This document shows positions 44,531-57,752 of a stretch of DNA of 64,000 bases, piece after piece. How positions within the stretch are numbered: position 1 is the first letter of the stretch; each line of letters opens with the position of its first letter. Below the pieces are notes generated by a model. The model was not told the origin of the DNA. It saw only the letters and a program-made list of their open reading frames with translations, and ran no database searches. The position numbers and the translations under genes are program-made. The stretch lies in NCBI RefSeq assembly GCF_009914755.1, contig NC_060932.1; one strand, 5' to 3'. Source of the DNA: the human T2T-CHM13v2.0 reference genome, Homo sapiens.

Positions 44531-47351
44531 GACACTAAGGGTCTGAGCTGCAAGCATTCACATCATTAAACATAAAGGAAAGTAAGAGCAAAGGCAGAGT
44601 TCATGAAACATGTTAGATGTGGTGAAAGAGAACTGTTTCAGGCTCCAGCAAGAGACTTTGAAGGGAAGGAAGGAAGAGAGCCCTCTCCAGGTGTAGGCTG
44701 GCCACCCAAGAGCAGGAGGCAGTGCCAGGAACCCAGCAGCCAACAGGAAACCCAGTTTCTGGAACAGGCTGAAAAGATGTCACCACAGAGCAAAGTGAAA
44801 ACTCAGGGAAGTTGCAAAGTGGTCCTGGATCCCAGGAGCGGAATAGATCCTGCTTTTAATTCTTTTCCTTTTTAAACAGAGGGACTCTGGTGCTGTGGCC
44901 CCGGGATGGGGTTTCTCATCTCTCCCCCAAGGCCTCAATTGGTCAGTCAGGCTCCTGCTTCCGAGACAGGGGACATGCACATGTCCTGAAGCAGGGGCAC
45001 AGTGGGGTTTGGGGGTGTGCCTCTCCTCCTGAGCCACATCAGTGCAAGGGGGAGGACCAAGGCCAGCCACACTGGGATAATCGGGGACCAGACAGACACA
45101 AAAAACCTGGTTTGTTCCTCCCCGATGTTTCTTCAGTTTCATTGTTCTTAAGTCTGGAGGAAGCAAGCTTCATTTAATTATCTCCAAGATCTCTAGAATG
45201 TGCATGCCAAAATCCTTTCTATTTTAAACACTTCCCGGTTGAGTCTTCTTTGATCCCTAAAAACAACTTTAATTATACAAAGATCTCAGTCAACTTGATT
45301 AATTTTTAATGTGCATAGAAGACTACAACAAACTTTATTTCCATCGAGCAAAAATACTTTTCAGAAGCCTAAACAGCCTGCCGCTACCTTTGCAATTCAC
45401 CACCATCATTTTATAACCACTAACTCTGGGGACCCCCCCAACACCAAGATTTTAAAAGTAAGTGCCTGTTTTCTATTTCTTGCCACACCAAGATTCACTC
45501 CATAATCCCCCACAACCTGGCCCTCTGGCGGATGAGCAGGGAGCTGGCCAGAGCACAGCTGGGGAGCTTGGCTCCATATGCCTCACCCTGGCAGCTGGGG
45601 ATGGTGTGGGCTGCTAGGGAAGCTTGTGTCATAATAGCCTCAGTGTCTGAGGAGAACACGCCAGGCAGCAGAGGGCTGAACAAAGGGTCACTTGTATGAG
45701 CTGGACCGGGTCTGCTGCTGTTACTGTGACCTGGCTCCCCCAACCATCAGATCCTCCAGCTCTTATTCCATCCCCTTCTCTTTTCTCCCTGGGACTGCTT
45801 TAGTGTTGCTCCAGAAATGAGTGCCTCTTCCAAACCCCTGTGGTTCTTAGTGTCAGGGCTGCTTGATCATATCCAGGGCCACCAAGAACAGCAACAACAG
45901 AAGCAATGTAAATGTAACAGCTCCTATTGACCGAGTGCTTGCTGTGTATGTGCCACACATGTGTCTTCTCAAGTTATCCTCCCCACAACCCCCAAGGTAA
46001 ATTTCCCTAGTGTTCACATACTATAGATGAGGAAACTGAGGCTTAGAGAGATCCATTAGCTGGTGCAACATTGCACAGCTGGAAAGTAGTGACTTGAGTC
46101 CAGGACTGCCGACTCCAGCCCTGGACCTCGTAATTGCCACTCTACACATCTGAGTTTGTGGAGCTGTGTGTTTCTCCATTTACATTCTCCATGCCACTCA
46201 CCAAGTCTCAGAGAGGAAAGGGGAAAACATAAGCTACCCTACTATAGGTGCTGAAATTCCATGAACTTTGGGCAGGGTGAGAATTTTGGAAAGACATACA
46301 ATAGACTGCCTCAATGAGCCAGAGACTAAAATTAGTAGGATAGGGTTAGGATAATAGAAAGACTCCAACAAGATAAAATTTAACAAGGAAAGAGTCCTAC
46401 CCTGGACTCCACATGGGTAAATCCAGATGCCTGGCAGAACATCATGTGAGAAACATGAAAGGGTTTAGACAACACTGGTACTTGAAACATTACTAATAAT
46501 TATAATAATTATAATTCTAATACCAGCACTGTGCTATGTGCTTTTGTTGAATTAATAACTTGATTCCCACTTAAAACAAATATATAACATTATAATGGTA
46601 GGGTCTTTAGTAGTCCTCATTTACAGAGGAGGAAGCTGAGACTCCAAAAGCTCTTAAAATGATTTCCCGCAGTCCCTCATCAGTAAATACTGGAGCCAAG
46701 ATTAGAACCCATGCAGTCAGATTTAAAATTCTGCTCTGGCACCCTCTGAGCTGTACACAGGTCCACTCAATAACCTGGTGCCATTGTAGACTGCATGCAC
46801 TGCAGTTTCTAGAATGAGGCAAGTGCATTCCACACTTCCCTGTGCCACACCAAGCCACAGATAGGGTATCGCCACATCCAACCCGGGAAGCCATGCTTTA
46901 AATAAAGATGATCAAGTCTGAAGCATTCAGGACAGCAAAGGAACCTGAACTACATCCCATAAGGAAAGTTAAAGGAATTGGCCATACTTCCTTGAAGAAG
47001 ACACTTCTTCAGATTCTTTCAGTATACTGGGAGGACTTGCTGGTGCAAAGGGACTGTATTTATTTTAGATGGCCTTAGGGGTGGAGCTAGGACCAGAGGT
47101 TGGAAGTAGCAAGGAGACAGCCTTCTGCTCAGCAGTCTAGCATCACTGGCAAATGCGGGAGGGACAGAGATGGCCCTTCACTGGCTTTCACAAGCCAGGC
47201 CACCACATGGCAGAATGTTGTCACGGGGGCTCCAAGCAGCAGAATGTAGCTGGCAAGATGACAGTAGCAGACCATGTGTGCAATGATTCTCCCATCTCTG
47301 GGGATGCTCTGTCCAACACCTCTCAACTCACAGAGACACCCCGCCTGTAAC

Positions 47352-48550
47352 TGTTACCAAACAAAGGGGCTCCTGCTAGAAGCCAATACTAAGACACCAG
47401 GTTTCTGAGAAAAGAAAAGCTTTTTGTTGTAAGTCAGTTCCCAAGAAGACAGGAGTCCAGCTCAAATCTATCTCCCTGTGCTGGATTTAAAGCAGTAATT
47501 TTATTAGAAAAGGCATAGGGAATGGATCCCGGGATTAGCAATTGATTGGTGGAAGGAAAGGGGGTCTGGGAAGTCCTCAGTCATGCAGTTATCTCCTCAT
47601 GCTGCCTCATGGGCCCCATGTGTAAATTTGGAAGGAGCTAGTATGAAGCACATGGTGGAAATTCAGACTGTGACATCAGCAAGCTCCTTCTGTGCAGACT
47701 GCACTTAGCCATATTGGTTCCAATCAATTTAAGCCAATTTTTTTTAACTTTAAGTTTGGGGTACATGTGTAGGATGTACAGGTTTGTTACATAGGTAAAC
47801 ATGTGCCATGGTGGTTTGCTGCACCTATCAACCCATTACCTAGGTTTTAAGCCCAGCATGCATTAGCTATTTTTCCTGATGTTCTCCCTCCCCCCAGCTC
47901 TGCACCCCCCAACAGGCCCCAGTGTGTTGTTCCCCTCCCTGTGTCCCTGTGTTCTCATTGTTCAGTTCCCACTTATAAGTGAGAACATGCAGTGTTTGGT
48001 TTTCTGTTCCTGTGTTAATTTGCTGAGGATAATGGCCTCCAGCTCCATCCATGTCCCTGCAAAGGACATGATCTCATTTATTTTTATGGCTGCACAGTAT
48101 TCCATGGTGTATATGTACCACATGTGCCTTATCCAGCCTATCATTAATGGGCATTTGGGTTGATTCAATGTCTTTGCTATTATGAATAGTGCTGCAATGA
48201 ATATACACATGCATGTATCTTTATAATAGAATTATTTATATTCCTTTGGGTATATACCCAGTAATGGGATTGCTGGGTCAAATGGTATTTCTGGTTCTAG
48301 GTCTTTCAGGAATCACCACACTATCTTCCACAATGGTTGAACTAATTTACACTCCCACCAACAGAATAAAAGTGTTCCTATTTCTGTGCAGCCTCACCAA
48401 CCTCTATTGTTTCTTTATTAAGCCCATTTTTTTAACCTCACAAGTGGAGGGAGTTTCACAGTTTCAGCAAGTTGTTTATTTTCTTATATGCTCTCCCGTA
48501 AACCCAAGAACAGAGTCATTGGCTTTTTAACTCTTTGGGGCATGGTTTTA
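47352..48550 (-). mobile_element. ERV1 solo LTR (MER31/MER34/MER39 class) interrupted by an L1 fragment
   Basis: TGTTACCAAAC...AGAAGCCAATACTAAGACA...CTCAAATCTATCTCCCTG is similar to the LTR at 51055. It resumes after 48417. Confidence 0.6.
47738..48415 (-). mobile_element. 5'-truncated L1PA 3'-end fragment
   Basis: Poly(T) followed by GTACATGTGTAGGATGTACAGGTTTGTTACATAGGTAAAC.... ORF 47962-48210 is the ORF2 C-terminus (MSFAGTWMELEAIILSKL). Approximate TSD TTAAGCC(A/C)ATTTTTTT. Confidence 0.92.
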
Positions 48551-50404
48551 AAACCATTCTGTATTGTCCAAACCCTCTCTCATCCCTCATTCCTGCCCCA
48601 GCCACAGATGATCAAACGGGGGCAGATGCCTGATCCAAACAAAGCCATCAGATACTTCACCCTGGGAATTGAGGCCTGGGAATGGATAGGAGTGGGCAAC
48701 TCCAAGTGGCTGACCCCATAGCATGTCAATTTGAGGGCTTTACGATAGCTATGTTCTGCCAAGTAGCCACAGGAGCAAAGGAATCAGTCTGCAGAACAAA
48801 AAGGACACAAAATAAGAACCTTCCAATTCCTTGGACTGGGCCCTATCTGGGGGTGGCTCTTATGCCCCTGAGCAGAGGAAGATACCCTTGTATCATTTTT
48901 TAAATATTCCCTAGGGAAATTTTGACACCTGTAATTAGAAGAATCTTGATTACGATAGCAGCTGGCCGGTAAGGTCCCATCACTCAGAGGGTGTGTGACT
49001 GACGACGGCATATTCCAGTGCAGCCCTTTGAAGTCGGTTCTTGAAAGACAGTACGTATATTGAAATAAGATCCTGAAATATTAATCTTGAAGCTTCCTCT
49101 TTCTTCCCTCACTTGCCAACTGTGCAGGAGAAGAAGTCCCTGAGTGGAGCAGAACTTGCAGTCTGTGCCACAACAAGATTAGAGTGCACCCCTTTCCCTA
49201 ATTGGTCATGGGCATCTACAGGTCCTCGAGCCACAAGGACACTGAAAAAAGGTAACAGGTAATAGTCAGACTCTTTTTACCTCCAAACTAGACTTTTGGA
49301 AATCCAAAGAGAAAGCCCTGAGTGGAAGGGAACATAGAGTTTATGACGGAATCAAGACTAGAAAGAAAATGGAGGGAGAGGGAGCAACTGAGCAGCCCTC
49401 CCTGGAAGATGAAACAAAGGGCACCAGGATGGGTGAGGGCACTAGCATGGTGGGGCCATGACCTTGGGGGTTCTGTCGACAAGAAGACTAGACATGGCAT
49501 GGAGTGCAGAAATTACTCTCAGAGAGGGAAGTCTGTGTGGAGAGGCATCTTAGCCCCTCCTAATGAGTCAGTCTAGTGCCTGTGGATCATCCCAACCCTT
49601 GGAGGGAGCAGCTCCCTTGCAGAGGCTGCGCTGCAGGGTCTTTGACAGCAGCCTGCACATCTCCCAGCTCATCTGGCTGCCTGGGCTACAGGACTTTGCC
49701 AAGCCCCCATCAGAGCTTCCTCTTGTGGACCCCTCCCTTATCAATGGCCCAAAATGCTCTAATGTCCCTGAAATAGAAGGTGATGGCCTTCACCCTGGAG
49801 GAGCCACAGTGGTGTGAAAGCAATGAAGGCATGAAGCCTTCATTGAAGTTGATTTCCTTGGGTCACGTCAGTATTGTCCTCAGTTTCTGTCATTCTTGGC
49901 ACCTCCTAAAGTGCAGCCCTTATCACCCCAGGTGCTCTCCTCTCACCATCACATGTGCTCTCTACTACTCCACCTTTTCTTCCCCTCCTTTTGAACCTGC
50001 CCTCTCTTATCAACAGAATTCACCCCTCCACAGGATGCCTCAGCAAGGCCCAGACCTCCAACACACACCAATTCCCCATTCATCTTCTCAAATAAGTGTG
50101 GCTCTTTTCCCCTTAGCCCAGAACATCCCCAGGCCAGGAGGGACACAGTATTCCCCATGTTGCTTCTAACCTTTTTCATCTGTACTTTCCCCCTTCACTC
50201 ACCTGTCACTTTCTCCTCAGTCACTTACTCTGGCATCTGGTGCAGCATCTTCATTCTCCATCCACAGCCTGTCCATCTCTCCTAGTGATCTCAGCTTCCT
50301 GAAACAATACTTCTGAGTTCCAAGCCTCACATTCCTCAGTTACCTCAATTTCAACTACCTCCACCTCTGAGCACAGCCTGACTCTACCCATAGTCGATTC
50401 TCTT

Positions 50405-50769
<365 letters not shown>

Positions 50770-51054
50770 TAACTCCATCCTTAACCTCCTTGTACCTCAG
50801 TTCTGCTGCACCCCCTTTCTTTTTTCTGTCAATGAATAAAGACTTTCCCTGGTCTTGTTTCTCCCCTCTCTCCACTGAGCCCCCTTAAACAGTAACATTT
50901 TGTGCACTTGCAACACTCATATCCCCTGTCCTTCCACCTCCCCCAGCCTACAAACTCAACCCTGGATCAACCCAACAATCTGCCTTCTACCCCCTCTGAT
51001 ACTAAAACAACTTGGGGCAGCTGCAGAATATCTCACAACCTCTCTGGCTGGGGC

Positions 51055-51484
51055 TGTTATCAAAATGCCAGGGTTTTGGTCTAGGTCCCATAGCTCCTCA
51101 CACAGAATGCCAATCACTGAGACAATGAGTATTGCCAGAGAAGAAGGCTTTAATTGGGTGCGGCAGCCAAGGAGAATGAGAGAGAAGTCTCAAATCTATC
51201 TTCCTGACTGGCTAAAATTGAGGGCTTATATAGTGGGAGAGGTGGGAAAACAGAAACTAGGGAGAGATACAGAAGCAATTATGATGGATGAGGGGTCTTG
51301 TGGCTCATTTTCTTGATGCCATGAGCTGGTGAGTTTCAGTCTCTTGCCTGAGGGTCGGTTTCCTGAGGAAAGAACTCAGATGAGACAAATGTAAGTTTCA
51401 GGTTTTAAGATGGGAGGGTCAACTTCTCTGTGTATTCAAAAAACCCATGAATATCAGTTCTATGGAACAACTGGGCCAGTTCCA
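51055..51484 (-). mobile_element. ERV1 solo LTR (MER39-like)
   Basis: TGTTATCAAAATGCCAGGGTTTTGGTCTAGGTCC...GCCAATCACTGAGACAATGAGTATTGCCAG...GGCCAGTTCCA. Flanks GGGC/GGGT suggest a 4-bp TSD. Confidence 0.7.
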
Positions 51485-51675
51485 GGGTTACTACAATGTG
51501 TAGTTCTCAGCTAGCCCTTTGGCACTGCCATCAATCCTTTGATTTATTTTAGATTAACTCCCTTTCTTCAGTAAATACACCCAACTTTGCAATTACCCTA
51601 CTAGTCTGAGTCAGTGATGTGCCATTATTGGCTTCCTCCCACTGATGTCCAATATCAGTAGGTGCCCCCATAAGA

Positions 51676-52085
51676 TGGGGGTGGGGGTGGGTGAAGTTTA
51701 AAGTACTAACCCTCTAGTAATCACCTGTCTGGTTTCCATGGCAATCAGTCCTTTTTAGGAGCCTGCCAGGCCCCCAAGCATGGAAATAAAGGAAAATTTT
51801 GAGTTCCTTCAAGGGAAATTCCAGGCATCTAGCTACCCTTCAGAAGACTACAGCATAGTACGAATTATATATATATTTGGTCCCTACACCCAGCCTGCTG
51901 CTCATTTTCTGGACACAGCTCCTAAAACTCTTAAAATCTCCCAAGCGATGTTGTCTTTTGTATGCTAATGTGGTGACTGGTGGCTGGGATCCTGGATGCC
52001 TCAGGATGGGGACTGGTTGCCATGGAAACTAGAGAGGTGAGTACCAGAGGGTTAGTACTTTAAACTTCACCCACCCCCACCCCCA
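51676..52085. repeat. 76-bp inverted repeat pair (51676-51751 and 52010-52085), 71/76 identical, 258-bp spacer
   Basis: Manual reverse-complement alignment gives 5 mismatches and no gaps. Confidence 0.93.
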
Positions 52086-52543
52086 CCCCCTACTCACCTC
52101 TAGGGAGAGGAGAGTCTGGGAGTTGAGTTAATCATTAATGGCCAATGAAGTCTTCATAAAAACTCAATGAATAAAGTTGCAAGAGCTTCTAGGTTGATGA
52201 AGACATCCACATGCTTGGAGGGCTACTCACCCCAACACTACCAGGACAGAAGCTTCTATGTGCAGGACCCTCCCAGACTTCACCTTATGTGCCTCTTCAT
52301 CTGTATCCTTTATCAAATGCCCTATGCACCTTTTCATCTGTCACCTTTACCAATTTCTTTCTTCACCTCTATTCCTCTGCATCCTTTATCAAATCCTTTA
52401 TAACACACCGGTAAATGGTAATGTTTCCCTTAGCTCTGTGAACCATTACAGCAGATCATCCAGCCCAAGGAGGGTGTTGTGGGAACCCCTGATTTATAAC
52501 CAGTCAGAAGAGAAGATGACAACTTGTACTTGCAATTAGCATC

Positions 52544-55500
52544 TGTGTTGGACTGTTCTTGCATTGCTATAAAGAAATACCTGAGACTGGGTAATTTATA
52601 AGAAAAGAGGTTTCCTTTGCTCATGGTTCTGCAGGCTGTACAGGAAACACAGTGCTGGATTGTGCTTCTGGGGATGCCTCAGGAAGCTTTTACTCGTGGA
52701 ATAAGGGGAAACAGGAGCAGGCAGCTCACATGGTAAAAGCAGGAACAAGAACGAGTCAGTGGGAGTGTGGTGGGGGAAAATACCACACACTTTTAAATTG
52801 CCAGAAATCATAAGAACTCACTCACTATCATGAAGACAGCACCAAGCCACGAGAAATCTGCCCCCATGATCTAAACACCTCACACTAGGCCCCACTTCCA
52901 GAATTGGAAATTACAATTCAATATGAGATTGGGCAGGGACAAATATCCAAACTATATCATTATGTTCCTGGCCCCTCCCAAATTTCATGTCCTGCTCATA
53001 TTGCAAAATACAATCATGCCCCCCCAACAGTCCCCTAAATTCTTAACTCATTCCAACATTAACTCAAAAGTCCAAAGTCTCATCTGAGACAAGGCAAATC
53101 TCTTCCAACTATGATCCTGTAACGTCAAAACATGTTAGTTACTTCCAAGAAACAATGTGGGTATTGAAGTAGTGTCATTGTCTGTGGTAAATACCCAGGG
53201 TTCATTGTCTCATGCCAAGATTAAGGACACGGACACACATGACGAGTGAGTTTAGGAGCAGAGGTTGAATAGGCAAAAGAAAGAGAAAGGAGAACAGCTT
53301 TCTCTCTTATGAGAGTGAGGGGTGCCCAGAAGGGAAATCCAGCCCATGGAAGAGCACACTGGATTTTATAGACAGGCTTGAGGAGATGGTGTTTGATTTA
53401 CATAGGGCCCACAGATTGATTGGACCAGGTGAGATGTCTACATAATGCATGAGGAAGGCTGTCCACCCCATTCTAATCTTACGCAAATGGGCTTTCTACT
53501 TGCCCAGCGCCATGTTGTCTGCTCCTTACTGTACACGTGGCTGGCAAAGAGAAGAGAACATGGAGCCATCATTTTGACAATGCCTAGGCCCAGGTAGCCT
53601 TTTCCTATTGGCACAACTGCCGGCATTCACCAGTGCAAGCTTCTAGCTTGCTTGTCTATGTTTGCAGCTTAATTTTACAGGATGCTCTTTGTTAGAAAAG
53701 AAAATGATTTGGGGGCTGCTTTTTATTAAAAGGAAAACCTTACTGAGGACTTTGTTACTCTATCTGCTTAAATGACTTCTTCTTAACTCCTATATCAGTA
53801 TAGGCATTGGGTAAACATTGCCATTTCAAAAGGGAGAAATTAGCCAAAAGAAAGAGGCTACAGGCCCCATGCAAGTCTGAAACCCAACAGAGCAGTCATT
53901 AATTCTTACAGCTCCAAAATAATCTCATTTGACTCCGTATCCTGCATCCAGAGCACACAGGTGCAAGGGGTGGACTCCCAAGGCCTTGGACAGCTCCACC
54001 TCTCTGACTTTATGGGGTTCAGCCTCTACAGCTGCTCTCACAGGTTGTTGAGTGCCTGAGGTTTTTCCAAATGCAGGGTGCAAGCTGCTGGTTGATCTAT
54101 CATTCTGGAGTCTAGAGGGCGGTTGCCCCCTTCCCACAGCTCCATGAGGCAGTGCCCCACTGAGAACTCTGTGTAGGGGCTCCAACCTCATATTTCCCCT
54201 TTATGCTGCTCTATTAGAGGTTTTCTGTGGGGCTTCTGCCCCTGCAGCAGGCTTCTGCCTGAGCACCTAGGCCTTCTCATACATCCTCTGAAATCTAGGT
54301 GGAGGCTGCTAAGCATTCTTCACTCTTGCATTCTGTGCACCTACAGGCTTAACACTACATGGAAGCTGCCAAGGCTTATGACTTTCATTCTTCAAAATGG
54401 CAGCCCAAACTATACCTGAGCCCCTTTGAGCCACAGCTGGAGATGGAGGAAGTATCCCAAGGGTGTGCAGGGCAGCAGCCTGGGCCTGGCCTACAAAACA
54501 ATTCTGTTCTCTTAGGCCTCCAGGCCTATGATGGGAGGGGCTGCCACAAAGGTCCCCAGAATGTTTATGAGGCCTTTTCCCCATGTCTTGGATATTAGCA
54601 CTTGGCTCCTTTTTAATTATGCAAATATCTCTGGCAAGTGGTTGCCTCACAACCTGTTTGAATTCCTTTCTTGAAAACACTTTTTCTTTTTTCTGCCACA
54701 TGGCCAGGCTGCAAATTTTCCAAACTTTTATGCTCTGCTTCCTTTTTAAATATAAATTCCAACTTTAAGTTATTTGTTTGCTCCCACATCTGAGTATAGG
54801 CTATTAGAAGCAACCAGGCAACATCTTGAATGCTTTGCTGCTTAGAAATTTATTCTGCCAGATACCCCTATGTCATCACTCTCAAATTCAATCTTCCATA
54901 GATTCCCCAGGGCATGAACAGAATGCAGCTAAGCTCTTTGCACAGGACCTTTGCTCCAGTTCCCAATAAGTTCCTCATTTCCATCTGAGACTTTGGCAGC
55001 TGGGACTTTACTGTCCATATCAGCAGTTTGGTAACAACCATTTAACCAGTCTATAAGAAGTTTTAAACTTTCCCTCATCTTTCTGTCTTCTTCCAAGGCC
55101 TCCAAACTCTTCCAATCTCTGCCCATTACCCAGTTTCAAGGTTGCTTTTACATTTTCAAGTACCTTTATAGTAATACCCCACTTCTGGCACCAATTTTCT
55201 GTGTTAGGCCATTCTCACATAGCTATAAAGAAATACCCGAGACTAGGTAATTTATAAGAAAAGGGATTTAATTGGCTCATGGTTCTACAGTCTGCATAGG
55301 CTGGCATCTGCTTCTGAGGAGGCCTCAGGAAGCTTTTATGGATGGTGAAAAGGGAAGCAGGAGCAGGCACATCACATGGTGAAAGCAGGAGCCAAAAAAA
55401 GTTGGGGAGAAGGGGAAGTGCCACAAACTTTTAAATGAATAGATCTTGCAAGAACTCACTATCACAAAGAGCAAGTCATGAGGGATTCACTCCCATGATC

Positions 55501-55589
55501 CAAACACCTCCCACCAGGCCCCACCTCCAGCATGAGGGATTAAAATTCTGTATGAGATGTGGGTGGGGACAAATATCCAAACTATATCA
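52544..55589 (+). mobile_element. Full MaLR provirus (MSTB-like): 5' LTR 52544-52959, internal region, 3' LTR 55200-55589
   Basis: Both LTRs start TGTGTT and end AAATATCCAAACTATATCA. Typical MaLR internal sequence lies between them. TSD (G/A)CATC at 52539-52543 and 55590-55594. Confidence 0.9.
53165..53797 (-). mobile_element. ERV1 solo LTR (MER50-like) inserted in the MST internal region
   Basis: TG...CA ends with a perfect 4-bp TSD GTAT at 53161-53164 and 53798-53801. The minus strand starts TGATATAGGAGTTAAGAAG. Family name tentative. Confidence 0.8.
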
Positions 55590-57752
55590 ACATCTGAAGT
55601 GGGGGGCAGTCTTGTGGGACTGAGCTCTTAACTTTTGGGATCTGACACTAACTCCAGGTAGATAGTATCAGAATTGAATTAAATTGTAGGACACCCAACT
55701 GGTGTCAGAGAATTGGTCAGGGTGAGAAACCAGACCCACACCACCACATCTGGTGTCAGAAGTGAAGTATTGAGGGTAATATTGAATATAGAGAAAGAGA
55801 GTTTGCTTTTCCTTTATGCAGACCAAGTTCAAAAAGACCCTCCAATGATTCCCCCTGCTACTCATGAAGAAGTGCTGGTTGACATTCTCTGGTTTGACCC
55901 AAGCAAGCTCTTTGATAAAATGGTACTACCCCAACTCCTGGATATTGATGTGCAGTCTCTGAACACAGATTTCTACAGCAGTGGGTAGACTCCGGGGATA
56001 GGCCTGATGGGACTTATAGTGTTTCTGAGTAACCTAATGCTAGGAAGCACCATTCATCCACAGAGGCCACTTTTGGATAGAGACTGCAATGACCCTAAGA
56101 AACTCCTTCAATTTCTATAGTCTACCTGGGCACAACTTCCCTTGATAATATTTTAAAGCTGATTTTCAATTACTGCATATCACACTTCAAACACTATTCT
56201 AAGTGTTAGTACATGTATAGTATATAGTAATTCATTTAATCCTCACAATAATCCCCTGAGCCCAATACTATTATCATCCCCACTTTACAAATGAAAAAAC
56301 TGAGCCAGAAAAAGGTTAAGTAACCTGCACAAAGCTGGTAAGTGATACAGCCAAGATTCAAACCCAGCAATTATGCCCCAAAGCTCATACATTTGACCAC
56401 TTCCCTTTACTGTTGCTGAGGTCAAGTGAGTGGCAATCAGGATCACTGGGTTTCTTAAGATCAGCTCAGCTCAAACTTCCATTCACATCCTGGGAAAACA
56501 CCAGTGCCCTGCTAAAGGTTCTTGAGATGTCTCGAGGGGTCAAGGGTCTCATGGTCACCTCTGGCACCAATTGTGTAACTCCACTAAATGTCTCATGATT
56601 CCCTTTCTTAACTCCACATCTCATGCATATTAATTTATCTCTACCCTGGCATTGACCCAATGGGGAAATTCTGTCTCTTCCCTTAATTGAGTGTTTTTCA
56701 AACTGCAGGTCCCACCCATGGTGGATCATATAATCAATGTAGGAGGTTGAACTATAATTTTTTTTAATTAACTAGAAAACATAAAAGTTCACAGGGGGAA
56801 TTGTGGCAATGTAAATGCTGACACAAATATTGTGGCCAACTGTTCCTTACATGTGAGAGAGACAGTGGTAGGTATATAATGAATATACACAGTGGCTAGG
56901 AATGGGTCATTTATTCTTTTGCTCAATGACATTTTATTCTGTTCCTCAGCTTATGATGGTCAATTTGACCATCACCATAATGGTAGAGTTAATTTGGTGC
57001 ACTTTTATTTTCTATTATCATAAATTTGCACTTCCTCTGTCAGCAAAATTATAGAGGCTTTCAACTGAGTTTTGGTGACCAATGTGCAGGTCGTTTTCAG
57101 AAAGGATACTTTCAAGCAGGACTTTTTTTAGTTTCACAACAATTGTTATCTTTTTATTGAAACAGTGTAACTTGTCCTTCAACTGTCTTACTTTATTATT
57201 AGAAGACAAAAGATTGAAGAGGGGGAAAATCCAGAGGCATGTGTGCCAGTTCAACAGCTGAATCTGGAAGTTCAAAATTAATGATATTGAGCAAAATGTT
57301 CACTCTAATCAATAAACGTGGACTTAATTGAGTTTTATTTTTAAAAAGTAAAAAGTCAATGTAAGCTTTTATAATGAAGATTATTTTTAAATGCATTTTA
57401 TCTTATATGTAAACTTCTTTGAAAATGACAGAAACCAATGCATCTTTGGTAAGTATATATTTTCACTAAGTTCTTCAAGAATTTTCAAGTAAGGAAAAGA
57501 AAAGACATGAATTACTGACACAATTTCTCATTTAAGAGGTAGTTCAATATATTGGTTAAGTACCAAACTTTGAAGTTAGTTGCTTGGGTTTGGATTCCAG
57601 AACTTCCTTTTGCCCTCTTGGGCAAGTTACTCTCTATGGCTCAGTTAATATAAAACAAAAATAATGATGGTAATTAGTTTATGGCATTGTAAAAAAAAAA
57701 AAAAATACATGCAAAGCCCATGGAAAAGAGCTTGCAGACAGGGACTGCTATT

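Larger units (their letters stand above)
51850..55785 (+). mobile_element. MER21B-like LTR split by the MST provirus (pieces ~51850-52543 and 55590-~55785)
   Basis: CTCCTAAAACTCTT...GTCTTTTGTATGCTAATG...CAGGATGGGGACTGG before the insertion and CATCTGAAGTGGGGGGCAGTCTTGTGGGACTGAGC...CCAGGTAGATAGTATCAGAATTGAATT after it. Confidence 0.72.
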
